NCBI GenBank assembly: GCA_044892525.1
Contig: CM097885.1
Coordinates: forward strand, 992,001-1,056,000
Reading direction: 5' to 3'
Source: Schmidtea polychroa
Lineage: Eukaryota
Length of the DNA stretch: 64,000 nt
Position 1 is the stretch's first letter. Each line of letters opens with the position of its first letter. A model generated the notes under the pieces. That model did not search any database. It was not told where the DNA came from and saw only the letters and a list, made by a program, of their open reading frames with translations. Shown here piece after piece: positions 1-14,600 of this stretch. The position numbers and the translations under genes are program-made.

Positions 1-1323
1 TTTTTATGAAATATTTTTCAATGACAATTTTAGAAAAAAAAATTTTTTGAAATAATTTTAGATGGAAATTATTTAAATTAAGGGATACATTTTTAAATTA
101 AAGTAATCAATGATCTATATTTTAAACTTCTATATTCGGTAAACAAGGACTAAATTAAGTAAATAAAGGGTTAAATTAAAGAAAATTATGATTATAATTA
201 TAATTAGATTTAAAGAATAATTACCTTTTCATTTAACACTACAGTGTTAATTCTTACCATTTTAGAATAATATTTTTTATCAAAGTTCTTATCTTGATTT
301 ATTTAATTTTAATTGAAAGTAATGACGAAATAGAACGTGTTGTCTTCAATTTTAATGAATTAATTTGAAATATTATTTAGATAAATATTTGTGTTTAAGT
401 TATTCCTTAGTATTATTTTTTTTAGAGTTGATGGTTTTTGTGAATTTTTATCATTTTCATGAATTTCATGTGGATAGAATGAATATTTAAAAATTTTAAG
501 TTAGTTCTAAGATAAATTTAATTAATTTCTTGATAATTGGATGCATTTTTATTGATTGGTTTTTTAATTTTAAATAAAAATTATTTTTAATGACAGTTAG
601 GTTAATAATCACGTGATAGGATATGACTTTGTAATAATATTTTTTTTCATATATTTTCTAAGAATTTCATGTAGATTTATTTAAAAATTTAAAGTTTTAA
701 TGACGATTTTATTTGAATTTCTTGATAATTTGTTAAATTTTAAATAAAAATTAATTTTTTTTAATGACTCTTAGGTTAATAATTAAGTAATTGGTTTAAT
801 TTTAGATGACTTTGTAATGCATTTGACTAAATAATTTTTTTCAATAATCTTCTAAGAATATTAACACATTGATGAACTTTTTTAAAAAAAACATAAGCTA
901 AGAAACCAGTTAACCTTATAAAGAACTTTAAATTTACTTGATAATTTACAGAAATAATATACAAAATTTAATTTACAGAAATAATTTACAAAATAATAAT
1001 ACAGAAATTTATGATTAAGTTTGCTTTTATGAACAATCAATATATATCATCTCTAGTTAGGTATTTGATAGGTGAAATATTTGTAGTAAATAATAAGTTT
1101 ATTATGTCTTTGTTACATAACTCGACTTTAGCGTCAAAATGTGTTTTTAAAATAAATTTTAATTTTAAAATACGGCAATGTAATATATTAATTTTTTCCT
1201 AACCTTCCTTGATTTTGATTGGTTAGAATTTGTTACTATAAACAATAATAATCTATAAACAATAATAATCTATAAACAATAATCAATCATTAGTCACATT
1301 TAACAAATAATTAACCTTTAAAA

Positions 1324-1438
1324 ATGAATTCTTTAATAGAAAACGTTATGAATGTTCGAGAAAAAATTCAGGAATTTGGTAAATTTTAATTTATTTATTA
1401 ATTAATTTAGATAATATTAATGAAGACAATTTAAAATC
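1324..1438 (+). pseudogene. 5' remnant (exon 1, intron 1, start of exon 2) of the lineage-B pPolB gene in the repeat unit; also at ATG 5945, 10553, 15160, 19555
   Basis: ATGAATTCTTTAATAGAA...GAATTTG|GTAAA...TTTAG|ATAATATTAATGA matches the gene start at 55229-55350. It is preceded by GATTGGTT (1217) and TATAAA (1237). Confidence 0.75.
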
Positions 1439-1455
1439 TTTTATTTTTTCTTAAA

Positions 1456-2753
1456 TTTTACATTTACATTATATTCTAAAAAGAGAGTTAATTATAACAA
1501 TAATATTTCAATTTGTATAAAATTTTAATTAGTAATTATTCAATTTGAATAAAATATTTATTAGAAATTATTTAATTTATTATAAAATAAAACGCTGTGT
1601 TAATTTTAAATAAACTGGATATTAATTTTTTGGAAAAAATAAATAAATAAAATAGTCTAAAAGATTAAATTATGGTCTAAAATTTAAAATTTAAAAATTG
1701 AAAATTGAAAATTAAAAACTAAACTAATCAAACTAAATCAAACGCTATAACCTTAATTCAAGAATTCACTAAAGTAGATCAGAAGATATTAATTATCAAA
1801 ATGTAACAAAGACTCTGAAATTCATCAATTTCATCTAATGACCTGGTGATATTCAATACCATTCTCAAGAATGCTAAAGTCGGGAATTCTTTGAATTTAA
1901 CAATTTCATCTAACTATCCGGCGATATTCGATCCGATTCTATAAAGTATTTATCTTTGTAGTTGAATAAAAGTTTATTGTTGATTATAGTTTATCATTAA
2001 TTATTTTTTTGTTAGGGGTGTTAAAGAAAATACTTGACTGATTCATTTTTCTCAGATAAAATTTGTTCTGTAATCGGGAAATTCAAGGATGAGAATAAAG
2101 GAAATCAATATAAAGAATGGGTGTTTCTTCGTCCCAAGTGCTACTCACTCCAAGGCGATAAAACACTCTAAAAGCCAAAGGAATAAGACTTACAAATTCT
2201 AATATCACCCATGAAGCTTATAAAAAAAGTGTATACTGATGGTGGAACAGTGAGCATCCCATTAAAAAAGAAAAGGAAGTGTCAATCATCAGTTGTATAC
2301 TTTCATGACAGAAAAACGAGCTCTCCAATGTTTGGACGATAAAAGGTATTGGTACAATTGTAATGAAAGCTATGCCTACGGTCACTATAAGATTCGTCAC
2401 ATGCATATTGCAACTTCTATGTCTAGAAATGAATGCAAATCGAAACAAGCACTTTAACAATTAAATTTATGTGAATAATAAAATATATATTGTGAATTAT
2501 TTGACTTCGTTAATTAAAATATGTTTTATCATTTAATAATTCATTTGTCCAATTAATTTAGATAATTAGTTTTAAGTAAGAATTATTATTTATCATGAAA
2601 AACTTTGCTTTGTTTTGAAAAATTAATGCCCATTTTATTTTAAATTAACACAGCTTTATTTTATGATTATTACTAATTAAAATTTTATTCAAATTGAAAT
2701 ATTATTGTTACAATTTACACTCTTGTTAGAATATATTAAATGTAAATGTAAAA
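1456..2753. repeat. Inner inverted repeat pair (~1456-1640 vs ~2610-2753), present in each full unit
   Basis: TTTTACATTTACATT...TTTTAATTAGTAAT at 1456-1536 is the reverse complement of 2668-2753; 1582-1638 pairs with 2613-2663. Confidence 0.8.
2035..2457 (+). pseudogene. C-terminal fragment of a pPolB (non-B lineage), frameshifted
   Basis: Translates across frameshifts to VIGKFKDENKGNQYKEWVFLRPKCYSL...KAKGI...LDDKRYWYNCNESYAYGHYKI. This is homologous to the pPolB tail at 62358-62939 and near-identical to 53160-53578. Confidence 0.9.
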
Positions 2754-3080
2754 TAATAACAATAAAAAAAAAATAATAATAATAATAAATAAATTAAAAT
2801 TAAATTAAAAAAAAATTAATTAAATAACGTAAGTAATTAAAATAAAATATTAATAAATAATTAATTAATTAAATGTAATAAATTGAAAATTAACTAAAGT
2901 AATTAATTAAAACAAAAAACATAATAAAATAATTAATTAATAAATTTTAAAAAAAAATTAAATAGTAGTAATTAAATAAATTTAAAAAAAAAATAAATAG
3001 AAATGATTCTATTGACCTATATTTGACCTGGACATTGGGATGACCTTGAAAGTGTCCTGGAGTCCTCACTATATACTACT

Positions 3081-4822
3081 AATTATAATCATAATTTTCT
3101 TTAATTTAACCCTTTATTTACTTAATTTAGCCCTTGTTTACCGAATATAGAAGTTTAAAATATAGACCATTGATTACATTAATTTAAAAATGTATCCCTT
3201 AATTTACATAATTTCCATCTAAAATTATTTCAAAAAAATTTTTTTTCTAAAATTGTCATTGAAAAATATTTCATAAAAGTTTTCATTTAAAATTTTCATT
3301 GAAAAATATTTCATAAAAATTTTTTTTAAAAATTATCTTAAAAATTATTCCATAAAAATTTTCATTAAAAAATTTCAATTCTCAAACACCTTCTATTATT
3401 TTGTTAATAAATTTAAAATCTTACTTTAATTTGCTTATTACATTACTTATTTAAAAATTACTTTAATTTACTTATTTAAAATATTTGACCATTGATTACT
3501 TAATTTAAAAATTTGGACCTTAATTAACTTTAATTTAATTTTTAGAACCTTAATTTACTTTAATTTTAAATTTTGACCCTTAATTAACTTTAATTCAAAA
3601 TTTGGACATTAATTGAAAATTTTAGACCATACTTTTCCATAAAATTGTCATTGAAAAAATTTTCATTTCTCAGGCGCCGTTTAGTAGGTGGTTAGGAGCC
3701 CGCTTCAAATGCAAGCCGTTTTTTTGCTGCAACATTTGATTGCGCAATTGTTGGAACTTGTTTTTTTTTCTATTGAAAATACTAGAAAAAAAAAATAATC
3801 GTAGCTTACTGTACAACAAAAAAAATGAGTTGCAACAATTGCGTAATCAAAATTTGCAGCAAAAAAAAAGTTGCCGCAGACCCCCTCCCCCCACCTAAAA
3901 TTTTCAATTAAGGTCTAAAATTTTCAATTAAGTAATTAAAGTCTAAATTTCTCAATTACAGTAAATTATGGTTCTAAAAAATTAAATTACAGTAAATTAT
4001 GGTCCAAATTTTCAAAAACAGTAAATTATGGTATATATTTTAAAACTTAAGTAAATTAAGGTCTAAAATTTAAAAGTAAAGTAAATTTCAATTAAGTAAA
4101 GTAAGGTCTAAAATTTTCAATTAAGGTCTAAAATTTTCAATTAAGTAATTAAAGTCTAAATTTCTCAATTACAGTAAATTATGGTTCTAAAAAATTAAAT
4201 TACAGTAAATTATGGTCCAAATTTTCAAAAACAGTAAATTATGGTATATATTTTAAAACTTAAGTAAATTAAGGTCTAAAATTTAAAAGTAAAGTAAATT
4301 TCAATTAAGTAAAGTAAGGTCTAAAATTTTCAATTAAGGTCTAAAATTTTCAATTAAAGTAAATTAAGGTACAAATTTTGAATTAAAGTTAATTAAGGGT
4401 CAAAATTTAAAATTAAAGTAAATTAAGGTTCTAAAAAATTAAATTAAAGTTAATTAAGGTCCAAATTTTTAAATTAAGTAATCAATGGTCAAATATTTTA
4501 AATAAGTAAATTAAAGTAATAATTTTTAAATAAGTAATGTAATAAGCAAATTAAAGTAAGATTTTAAATTTATTAACAAAATAATTGAAGGTGTTTGAGA
4601 ATTGAAATTTTTTAATGAAAATTTTTATGAAATATTTTTCAATGACAATTTTAGAAAAAAAAATTTTTTGAAATAATTTTAGATGGAAATTATTTAAATT
4701 AAGGGATACATTTTTAAATTAAAGTAATCAATGATCTATATTTTAAACTTCTATATTCGGTAAACAAGGACTAAATTAAGTAAATAAACGGTTAAATTAA
4801 AGAAAATTATGATTATAATTAT
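3081..4822. repeat. Long AT-rich inverted repeat (arms ~3081-3630 and ~4330-4822) with ~30 bp subrepeats; TIR-like; recurs in every unit
   Basis: 3081-3280 is the reverse complement of 4622-4822 (= 1-200), and 3340-3630 of 4340-4630. Related sequence follows pPolB-B 3' ends at 61260-61510 and 63100-63660. Confidence 0.9.
3719..3869. other. Imperfect ~40 bp-stem hairpin followed by a C-rich tract, between the long inverted arms
   Basis: TTTTTGCTGCAACATTTGATTGCGCAATTGTTGGAACT pairs with AGTTGCAACAATTGCGTAATCAAAATTTGCAGCAAAAA; CCCCCTCCCCCC follows at 3881. Confidence 0.8.
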
Positions 4823-6655
4823 AATTAGATTTAAAGAATAATTACCTTTTCATTTAACACTACAGTGTTAATTCTTACCATTTTAGAATAATATTTTTTA
4901 TCAAAGTTCTTATCTTGATTTATTTAATTTTAATTGAAAGTAATGACGAAATAGAACGTGTTGTCTTCAATTTTAATGAATTAATTTGAAATATTATTTA
5001 GATAAATATTTGTGTTTAAGGTATTCCTTAGTAATATTTTTTTTAGAGTTGATGGTTTTTGTGAATTTTTATCATTTTCATGAATTTCATGTGGATAGAA
5101 TGAATATTTAAAAATTTTAAGTTAGTTCTAAGATAAATTTAATTAATTTCTTGATAATTGGATGCATTTTTATTGATTGGTTTTTTAATTTTAAATAAAA
5201 ATTATTTTTAATGACAGTTAGGTTATTAATCACGTGATAGGATATGACTTTGTAATAATATTTTTTTTCATATATTTTCTAAGAATTTCATGTAGATTTA
5301 TTTAAAAATTTAAAGTTTTAATGACGATTTTATTTGAATTTCTTGATAATTTGTTAAATTTTAAATAAAAATTAATTTTTTTTAATGACTGTTAGGTTAA
5401 TAATTAAGTAATTGGTTTAATTTTAGATGACTTTGTAATGCATTTGACTAAATAATTTTTTTCAATAATCTTCTAAGAATATTAACACATTGATGAACTT
5501 TTTTAAAAAAAACATAAGCTAAGAAACCAGTTAACCTTATAAAGAACTTTAAATTTACTTGATAATTTACAGAAATAATATACAAAATTTAATTTACAGA
5601 AATAATTTACAAAATAATAATACAGAAATTTATGATTAAGTTTGCTTTTATGAACAATCAATATATATCATCTCTAGTTAGGTATTTGATAGGTGAAATA
5701 TTTGTAGTAAATAATAAGTTTATTATGTCTTTGTTACATAACTCGACTTTAGCGTCAAAATGTGTTTTTAAAATAAATTTTAATTTTAAAATACGGCAAT
5801 GTAATATATTAATTTTTTCCTAACCTTCCTTGATTTTGATTGGTTAGAATTTGTTACTATAAACAATAATAATCTATAAACAATAATAATCTATAAACAA
5901 TAATCAATCATTAGTCACATTTAACAAATAATTAACCTTTAAAAATGAATTCTTTAATAGAAAACGTTATGAATGTTCGAGAAAAAATTCAGGAATTTGG
6001 TAAATTTTAATTTATTTATTAATTAATTTAGATAATATTATTGAAGACAATTTAAAATCTTTTATTTTTTCTTAAATTTTACATTTACATTATATTCTAA
6101 AAAGAGAGTTAATTATAACAATAATATTTCAATTTGTATAAAATTTTAATTAGTAATTATTCAATTTGAATAAAATATTTATTAGAAATTATTTAATTTA
6201 TTATAAAATAAAACGCTGTGTTAATTTTAAATAAACTGGATATTAATTTTTTGGAAAAAATAAATAAATAAAATAGTCTAAAAGATTAAATTATGGTCTA
6301 AAATTTAAAATTTAAAAATTGAAAATTGAAAATTAAAAACTAAACTAATCAAACTAAATCAAACGCTATAACCTTAATTCAAGAATTCACTAAAGTAGAT
6401 CAGAAGATATTAATTATCAAAATGTAACAAAGACTCTGAAATTCATCAATTTCATCTAATGACCTGGTGATATTCAATACCATTCTCAAGAATGCTAAAG
6501 TCGGGAATTCTTTGAATTTAACAATTTCATCTAACTATCCGGCGATATTCGATCCGATTCTATAAAGTATTTATCTTTGTAGTTGAATAAAAGTTTATTG
6601 TTGATTATAGTTTATCATTAATTATTTTTTTGTTAGGGGTGTTAAAGAAAATACT

Positions 6656-7078
6656 TGACTGATTCATTTTTCTCAGATAAAATTTGTTCTGTAATCGGGA
6701 AATTCAAGGATGAGAATAAAGGAAATCAATATAAAGAATGGGTGTTTCTTCGTCCCAAGTGCTACTCACTCCAAGGCGATAAAACACTCTAAAAGCCAAA
6801 GGAATAAGACTTACAAATTCTAATATCACCCATGAAGCTTATAAAAAAAGTGTATACTGATGGTGGAACAGTGAGCATCCCATTAAAAAAGAATAGGAAG
6901 TGTCAATCATCAGTTGTATACTTTCATGACAGAAAAACGAGCTCTCCAATGTTTGGACGATAAAAGGTATTGGTACAATTGTAATGAAAGCTATGCCTAC
7001 GGTCACTATAAGATTCGTCACATGCATATTGCAACTTCTATGTCTAGAAATGAATGCAAATCGAAACAAGCACTTTAA
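6656..7078 (+). pseudogene. pPolB C-terminal fragment (unit 2)
   Basis: Near-identical to 2035-2457. Confidence 0.9.
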
Positions 7079-10000
7079 CAATTAAATTTATGTGAATAAT
7101 AAAATATATATTGTGAATTATTTGACTTCGTTAATTAAAATATGTTTTATCATTTAATAATTCATTTGTCCAATTAATTTAGATAATTAGTTTTAAGTAA
7201 GAATTATTATTTATCATGAAAAACTTTGCTTTGTTTTGAAAAATTAATGCCCATTTTATTTTAAATTAACACAGCTTTATTTTATGATTATTACTAATTA
7301 AAATTTTATTCAAATTGAAATATTATTGTTACAATTTACACTCTTGTTAGAATATATTAAATGTAAATGTAAAATAATAACAATAAAAAAAAAATAATAA
7401 TAATAATAAATAAATAAAAATTAAATTAAAAAAAAAATTAATTAAATAACGTAAGTAATTAAAATAAAATATTAATAAATAATTAATTAATTAAATGTAA
7501 TAAATTGAAAATTAACTAAAGTAATTAATTAAAACAAAAAACATAATAAAATAATTAATTAATAAATTTTAAAAAAAAATTAAATAGTAGTAATTAAATA
7601 AATTTAAAAAAAAAATAAATAGAAATGATTCTATTGACCTATATTTGACCTGGACATTGGGATGACCTTGAAAGTGTCCTGGAGTCCTCACTATATACTA
7701 CTAATTATAATCATAATTTTCTTTAATTTAACCCTTTATTTACTTAATTTAGCCCTTGTTTACCGAATATAGAAGTTTAAAATATAGACCATTGATTACA
7801 TTAATTTAAAAATGTATCCCTTAATTTACATAATTTCCATCTAAAATTATTTCAAAAAAATTTTTTTTCTAAAATTGTCATTGAAAAATATTTCATAAAA
7901 GTTTTCATTTAAAATTTTCATTGAAAAATATTTCATAAAAATTTTTTTTAAAAATTATCTTAAAAATTATTCCATAAAAATTTTCATTAAAAAATTTCAA
8001 TTCTCAAACACCTTCTATTATTTTGTTAATAAATTTAAAATCTTACTTTAATTTGCTTATTACATTACTTATTTAAAAATTATTACTTTAATTTACTTAT
8101 TTAAAATATTTGACCATTGATTACTTAATTTAAAAATTTGGACCTTAATTAACTTTAATTTAATTTTTAGAACCTTAATTTACTTTAATTTTAAATTTTG
8201 ACCCTTAATTAACTTTAATTCAAAATTTGGACATTAATTGAAAATTTTAGACCATACTTTTCCATAAAATTGTCATTGAAAAAATTTTCATTTCTCAGGC
8301 GCCGTTTAGTAGGTGGTTAGGAGCCCGCTTCAAATGCAAGCCGTTTTTTTGCTGCAACATTTGATTGCGCAATTGTTGGAACTTGTTTTTTTTTCTATTG
8401 AAAATACTAGAAAAAAAAAATAATCGTAGCTTACTGTACAACAAAAAAAATGAGTTGCAACAATTGCGTAATCAAAATTTGCAGCAAAAAAAAAGTTGCC
8501 GCAGACCCCCTCCCCCCACCTAAAATTTTCAATTAAGGTCTAAAATTTTCAATTAAGTAATTAAAGTCTAAATTTCTCAATTACAGTAAATTATGGTTCT
8601 AAAAAATTAAATTACAGTAAATTATGGTCCAAATTTTCAAAAACAGTAAATTATGGTATATATTTTAAAACTTAAGTAAATTAAGGTCTAAAATTTAAAA
8701 GTAAAGTAAATTTCAATTAAGTAAAGTAAGGTCTAAAATTTTCAATTAAGGTCTAAAATTTTCAATTAAGTAATTAAAGTCTAAATTTCTCAATTACAGT
8801 AAATTATGGTTCTAAAAAATTAAATTACAGTAAATTATGGTCCAAATTTTCAAAAACAGTAAATTATGGTATATATTTTAAAACTTAAGTAAATTAAGGT
8901 CTAAAATTTAAAAGTAAAGTAAATTTCAATTAAGTAAAGTAAGGTCTAAAATTTTCAATTAAGGTCTAAAATTTTCAATTAAAGTAAATTAAGGTACAAA
9001 TTTTGAATTAAAGTTAATTAAGGGTCAAAATTTAAAATTAAAGTAAATTAAGGTTCTAAAAAATTAAATTAAAGTTAATTAAGGTCCAAATTTTTAAATT
9101 AAGTAATCAATGGTCAAATATTTTAAATAAGTAAATTAAAGTAATAATTTTTAAATAAGTAATGTAATAAGCAAATTAAAGTAAGATTTTAAATTTATTA
9201 ACAAAATAATTGAAGGTGTTTGAGAATTGAAATTTTTTAATGAAAATTTTTATGAAATATTTTTCAATGACAATTTTAGAAAAAAAAATTTTTTGAAATA
9301 ATTTTAGATGGAAATTATTTAAATTAAGGGATACATTTTTAAATTAAATTAATCAATGATCTATATTTTAAACTTCTATATTCGGTAAACAAGGACTAAA
9401 TTAAGTAAATAAAGGGTTAAATTAAAGAAAATTATGATTATAATTATAATTAGATTTAAAGAATAATTACCTTTTCATTTAACACTACAGTGTTAATTCT
9501 TACCATTTTAGAATAATATTTTTTATCAAAGTTCTTATCTTGATTTATTTAATTTTAATTGAAAGTAATGACGAAATAGAACGTGTTGTCTTCAATTTTA
9601 ATGAATTAATTTGAAATATTATTTAGATAAATATTTGTGTTTAAGGTATTCCTTAGTAATATTTTTTTTAGAGTTGATGGTTTTTGTGAATTTTTATCAT
9701 TTTCATGAATTTCATGTGGATAGAATGAATATTTAAAAATTTTAAGTTAGTTCTAAGATAAATTTAATTAATTTCTTGATAATTGGATGCATTTTTATTG
9801 ATTGGTTTTTTAATTTTAAATAAAAATTATTTTTAATGACAGTTAGGTTATTAATCACGTGATAGGATATGACTTTGTAATAATATTTTTTTTCATATAT
9901 TTTCTAAGAATTTCATGTAGATTTATTTAAAAATTTAAAGTTTTAATGACGATTTTATTTGAATTTCTTGATAATTTGTTAAATTTTAAATAAAAATTAA

Positions 10001-11263
10001 TTTTTTTTAATGACTGTTAGGTTAATAATTAAGTAATTGGTTTAATTTTAGATGACTTTGTAATGCATTTGACTAAATAATTTTTTTCAATAATCTTCTA
10101 AGAATATTAACACATTGATGAACTTTTTTAAAAAAAACATAAGCTAAGAAACCAGTTAACCTTATAAAGAACTTTAAATTTACTTGATAATTTACAGAAA
10201 TAATATACAAAATTTAATTTACAGAAATAATTTACAAAATAATAATACAGAAATTTATGATTAAGTTTGCTTTTATGAACAATCAATATATATCATCTCT
10301 AGTTAGGTATTTGATAGGTGAAATATTTGTAGTAAATAATAAGTTTATTATGTCTTTGTTACATAACTCGACTTTAGCGTCAAAATGTGTTTTTAAAATA
10401 AATTTTAATTTTAAAATACGGCAATGTAATATATTAATTTTTTCCTAACCTTCCTTGATTTTGATTGGTTAGAATTTGTTACTATAAACAATAATAATCT
10501 ATAAACAATAATCAATCATTAGTCACATTTAACAAATAATTAACCTTTAAAAATGAATTCTTTAATAGAAAACGTTATGAATGTTCGAGAAAAAATTCAG
10601 GAATTTGGTAAATTTTAATTTATTTATTAATTAATTTAGATAATATTAATGATGACAATTTAAAATCTTTTATTTTTTCTTAAATTTTACATTTACATTA
10701 TATTCTAAAAAGAGAGTTAATTATAACAATAATATTTCAATTTGTATAAAATTTTAATTAGTAATTATTCAATTTGAATAAAATATTTATTAGAAATTAT
10801 TTAATTTATTATAAAATAAAACGCTGTGTTAATTTTAAATAAACTGGATATTAATTTTTTGGAAAAAATAAATAAATAAAATAGTCTAAAAGATTAAATT
10901 ATGGTCTAAAATTTAAAATTTAAAAATTGAAAATTGAAAATTAAAAACTAAACTAATCAAACTAAATCAAACGCTATAACCTTAATTCAAGAATTCACTA
11001 AAGTAGATCAGAAGATATTAATTATCAAAATGTAACAAAGACTCTGAAATTCATCAATTTCATCTAATGACCTGGTGATATTCAATACCATTCTCAAGAA
11101 TGCTAAAGTCGGGAATTCTTTGAATTTAACAATTTCATCTAACTATCCGGCGATATTCGATCCGATTCTATAAAGTATTTATCTTTGTAGTTGAATAAAA
11201 GTTTATTGTTGATTATAGTTTATCATTAATTATTTTTTTGTTAGGGGTGTTAAAGAAAATACT

Positions 11264-11686
11264 TGACTGATTCATTTTTCTCAGATAAAATTTGTTCTGT
11301 AATCGGGAAATTCAAGGATGAGAATAAAGGAAATCAATATAAAGAATGGGTGTTTCTTCGTCCCAAGTGCTACTCACTCCAAGGCGATAAAACACTCTAA
11401 AAGCCAAAGGAATAAGACTTACAAATTCTAATATCACCCATGAAGCTTATAAAAAAAGTGTATACTGATGGTGGAACAGTGAGCATCCCATTAAAAAAGA
11501 AAAGGAAGTGTCAATCATCAGTTGTATACTTTCATGACAGAAAAACGAGCTCTCCAATGTTTGGACGATAAAAGGTATTGGTACAATTGTAATGAAAGCT
11601 ATGCCTACGGTCACTATAAGATTCGTCACATGCATATTGCAACTTCTATGTCTAGAAATGAATGCAAATCGAAACAAGCACTTTAA
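11264..11686 (+). pseudogene. pPolB C-terminal fragment (unit 3)
   Basis: Near-identical to 2035-2457. Confidence 0.9.
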
Positions 11687-14600
11687 CAATTAAATTTATG
11701 TGAATAATAAAATATATATTGTGAATTATTTGACTTCGTTAATTAAAATATGTTTTATCATTTAATAATTCATTTGTCCAATTAATTTAGATAATTAGTT
11801 TTAAGTAAGAATTATTATTTATCATGAAAAACTTTGCTTTGTTTTGAAAAATTAATGCCCATTTTATTTTAAATTAACACAGCTTTATTTTATGATTATT
11901 ACTAATTAAAATTTTATTCAAATTGAAATATTATTGTTACAATTTACACTCTTGTTAGAATATATTAAATGTAAATGTAAAATAATAACAATAAAAAAAA
12001 AATAATAATAATAATAAATAAATTAAAATTAAATTAAAAAAAAATTAATTAAATAACGTAAGTAATTAAAATAAAATATTAATAAATAATTAATTAATTA
12101 AATGTAATAAATTGAAAATTAACTAAAGTAATTAATTAAAACAAAAAACATAATAAAATAATTAATTAATAAATTTTAAAAAAAAATTAAATAGTAGTAA
12201 TTAAATAAATTTAAAAAAAAAATAAATAGAAATGATTCTATTGACCTATATTTGACCTGGACATTGGGATGACCTTGAAAGTGTCCTGGAGTCCTCACTA
12301 TATACTACTAATTATAATCATAATTTTCTTTAATTTAACCCTTTATTTACTTAATTTAGCCCTTGTTTACCGAATATAGAAGTTTAAAATATAGACCATT
12401 GATTACATTAATTTAAAAATGTATCCCTTAATTTACATAATTTCCATCTAAAATTATTTCAAAAAAATTTTTTTTCTAAAATTGTCATTGAAAAATATTT
12501 CATAAAAGTTTTCATTTAAAATTTTCATTGAAAAATATTTCATAAAAATTTTTTTTAAAAATTATCTTAAAAATTATTCCATAAAAATTTTCATTAAAAA
12601 ATTTCAATTCTCAAACACCTTCTATTATTTTGTTAATAAATTTAAAATCTTACTTTAATTTGCTTATTACATTACTTATTTAAAAATTATTACTTTAATT
12701 TACTTATTTAAAATATTTGACCATTGATTACTTAATTTAAAAATTTGGACCTTAATTAACTTTAATTTAATTTTTAGAACCTTAATTTACTTTAATTTTA
12801 AATTTTGACCCTTAATTAACTTTAATTCAAAATTTGGACATTAATTGAAAATTTTAGACCATACTTTTCCATAAAATTGTCATTGAAAAAATTTTCATTT
12901 CTCAGGCGCCGTTTAGTAGGTGGTTAGGAGCCCGCTTCAAATGCAAGCCGTTTTTTTGCTGCAACATTTGATTGCGCAATTGTTGGAACTTGTTTTTTTT
13001 TCTATTGAAAATACTAGAAAAAAAAAATAATCGTAGCTTACTGTACAACAAAAAAAATGAGTTGCAACAATTGCGTAATCAAAATTTGCAGCAAAAAAAA
13101 AGTTGCCGCAGACCCCCTCCCCCCACCTAAAATTTTCAATTAAGGTCTTAAATTTTCAATTAAGTAATTAAAGTCTAAATTTCTCAATTACAGTAAATTA
13201 TGGTTCTAAAAAATTAAATTACAGTAAATTATGGTCCAAATTTTCAAAAACAGTAAATTATGGTATATATTTTAAAACTTAAGTAAATTAAGGTCTAAAA
13301 TTTAAAAGTAAAGTAAATTTCAATTAAGTAAAGTAAGGTCTAAAATTTTCAATTAAGGTCTAAAATTTTCAATTAAGTAATTAAAGTCTAAATTTCTCAA
13401 TTACAGTAAATTATGGTTCTAAAAAATTAAATTACAGTAAATTATGGTCCAAATTTTCAAAAACAGTAAATTATGGTATATATTTTAAAACTTAAGTAAA
13501 TTAAGGTCTAAAATTTAAAAGTAAAGTAAATTTCAATTAAGTAAAGTAAGGTCTAAAATTTTCAATTAAGGTCTAAAATTTTCAATTAAAGTAAATTAAG
13601 GTACAAATTTTGAATTAAAGTTAATTAAGGGTCAAAATTTAAAATTAAAGTAAATTAAGGTTCTAAAAAATTAAATTAAAGTTAATTAAGGTCCAAATTT
13701 TTAAATTAAGTAATCAATGGTCAAATATTTTAAATAAGTAAATTAAAGTAATAATTTTTAAATAAGTAATGTAATAAGCAAATTAAAGTAAGATTTTAAA
13801 TTTATTAACAAAATAATTGAAGGTGTTTGAGAATTGAAATTTTTTAATGAAAATTTTTATGAAATATTTTTCAATGACAATTTTAGAAAAAAAAATTTTT
13901 TGAAATAATTTTAGATGGAAATTATTTAAATTAAGGGATACATTTTTAAATTAAAGTAATCAATGATCTATATTTTAAACTTCTATATTCGGTAAACAAG
14001 GACTAAATTAAGTAAATAAAGGGTTAAATTAAAGAAAATTATGATTATAATTATAATTAGATTTAAAGAATAATTACCTTTTCATTTAACACTACAGTGT
14101 TAATTCTTACCATTTTAGAATAATATTTTTTATCAAAGTTCTTATCTTGATTTATTTAATTTTAATTGAAAGTAATGACGAAATAGAACGTGTTGTCTTC
14201 AATTTTAATGAATTAATTTGAAATATTATTTAGATAAATATTTGTGTTTAAGTTATTCCTTAGTAATATTTTTTTTAGAGTTGATGGTTTTTGTGAATTT
14301 TTATCATTTTCATGAATTTCATGTGGATAGAATGAATATTTAAAAATTTTAAGTTAGTTCTAAGATAAATTTAATTAATTTCTTGATAATTGGATGCATT
14401 TTTATTGATTGGTTTTTTAATTTTAAATAAAAATTATTTTTAATGACAGTTAGGTTATTAATCACGTGATAGGATATGACTTTGTAATAATATTTTTTTT
14501 CATATATTTTCTAAGAATTTCATGTAGATTTATTTAAAAATTTAAAGTTTTAATGACGATTTTATTTGAATTTCTTGATAATTTGTTAAATTTTAAATAA

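Noticed and set aside
1011..1202. 63 aa ORF MIKFAFMNNQ repeated six times
   Set aside because: It has no recognisable motif, lies in the promoter-proximal region of pPolB-B, and recurs only because the DNA is duplicated.
2218..2460. 80 aa minus-strand ORF MLKCLFRFAF and its copies
   Set aside because: It is the antisense shadow of the frameshifted pPolB tail on the plus strand.
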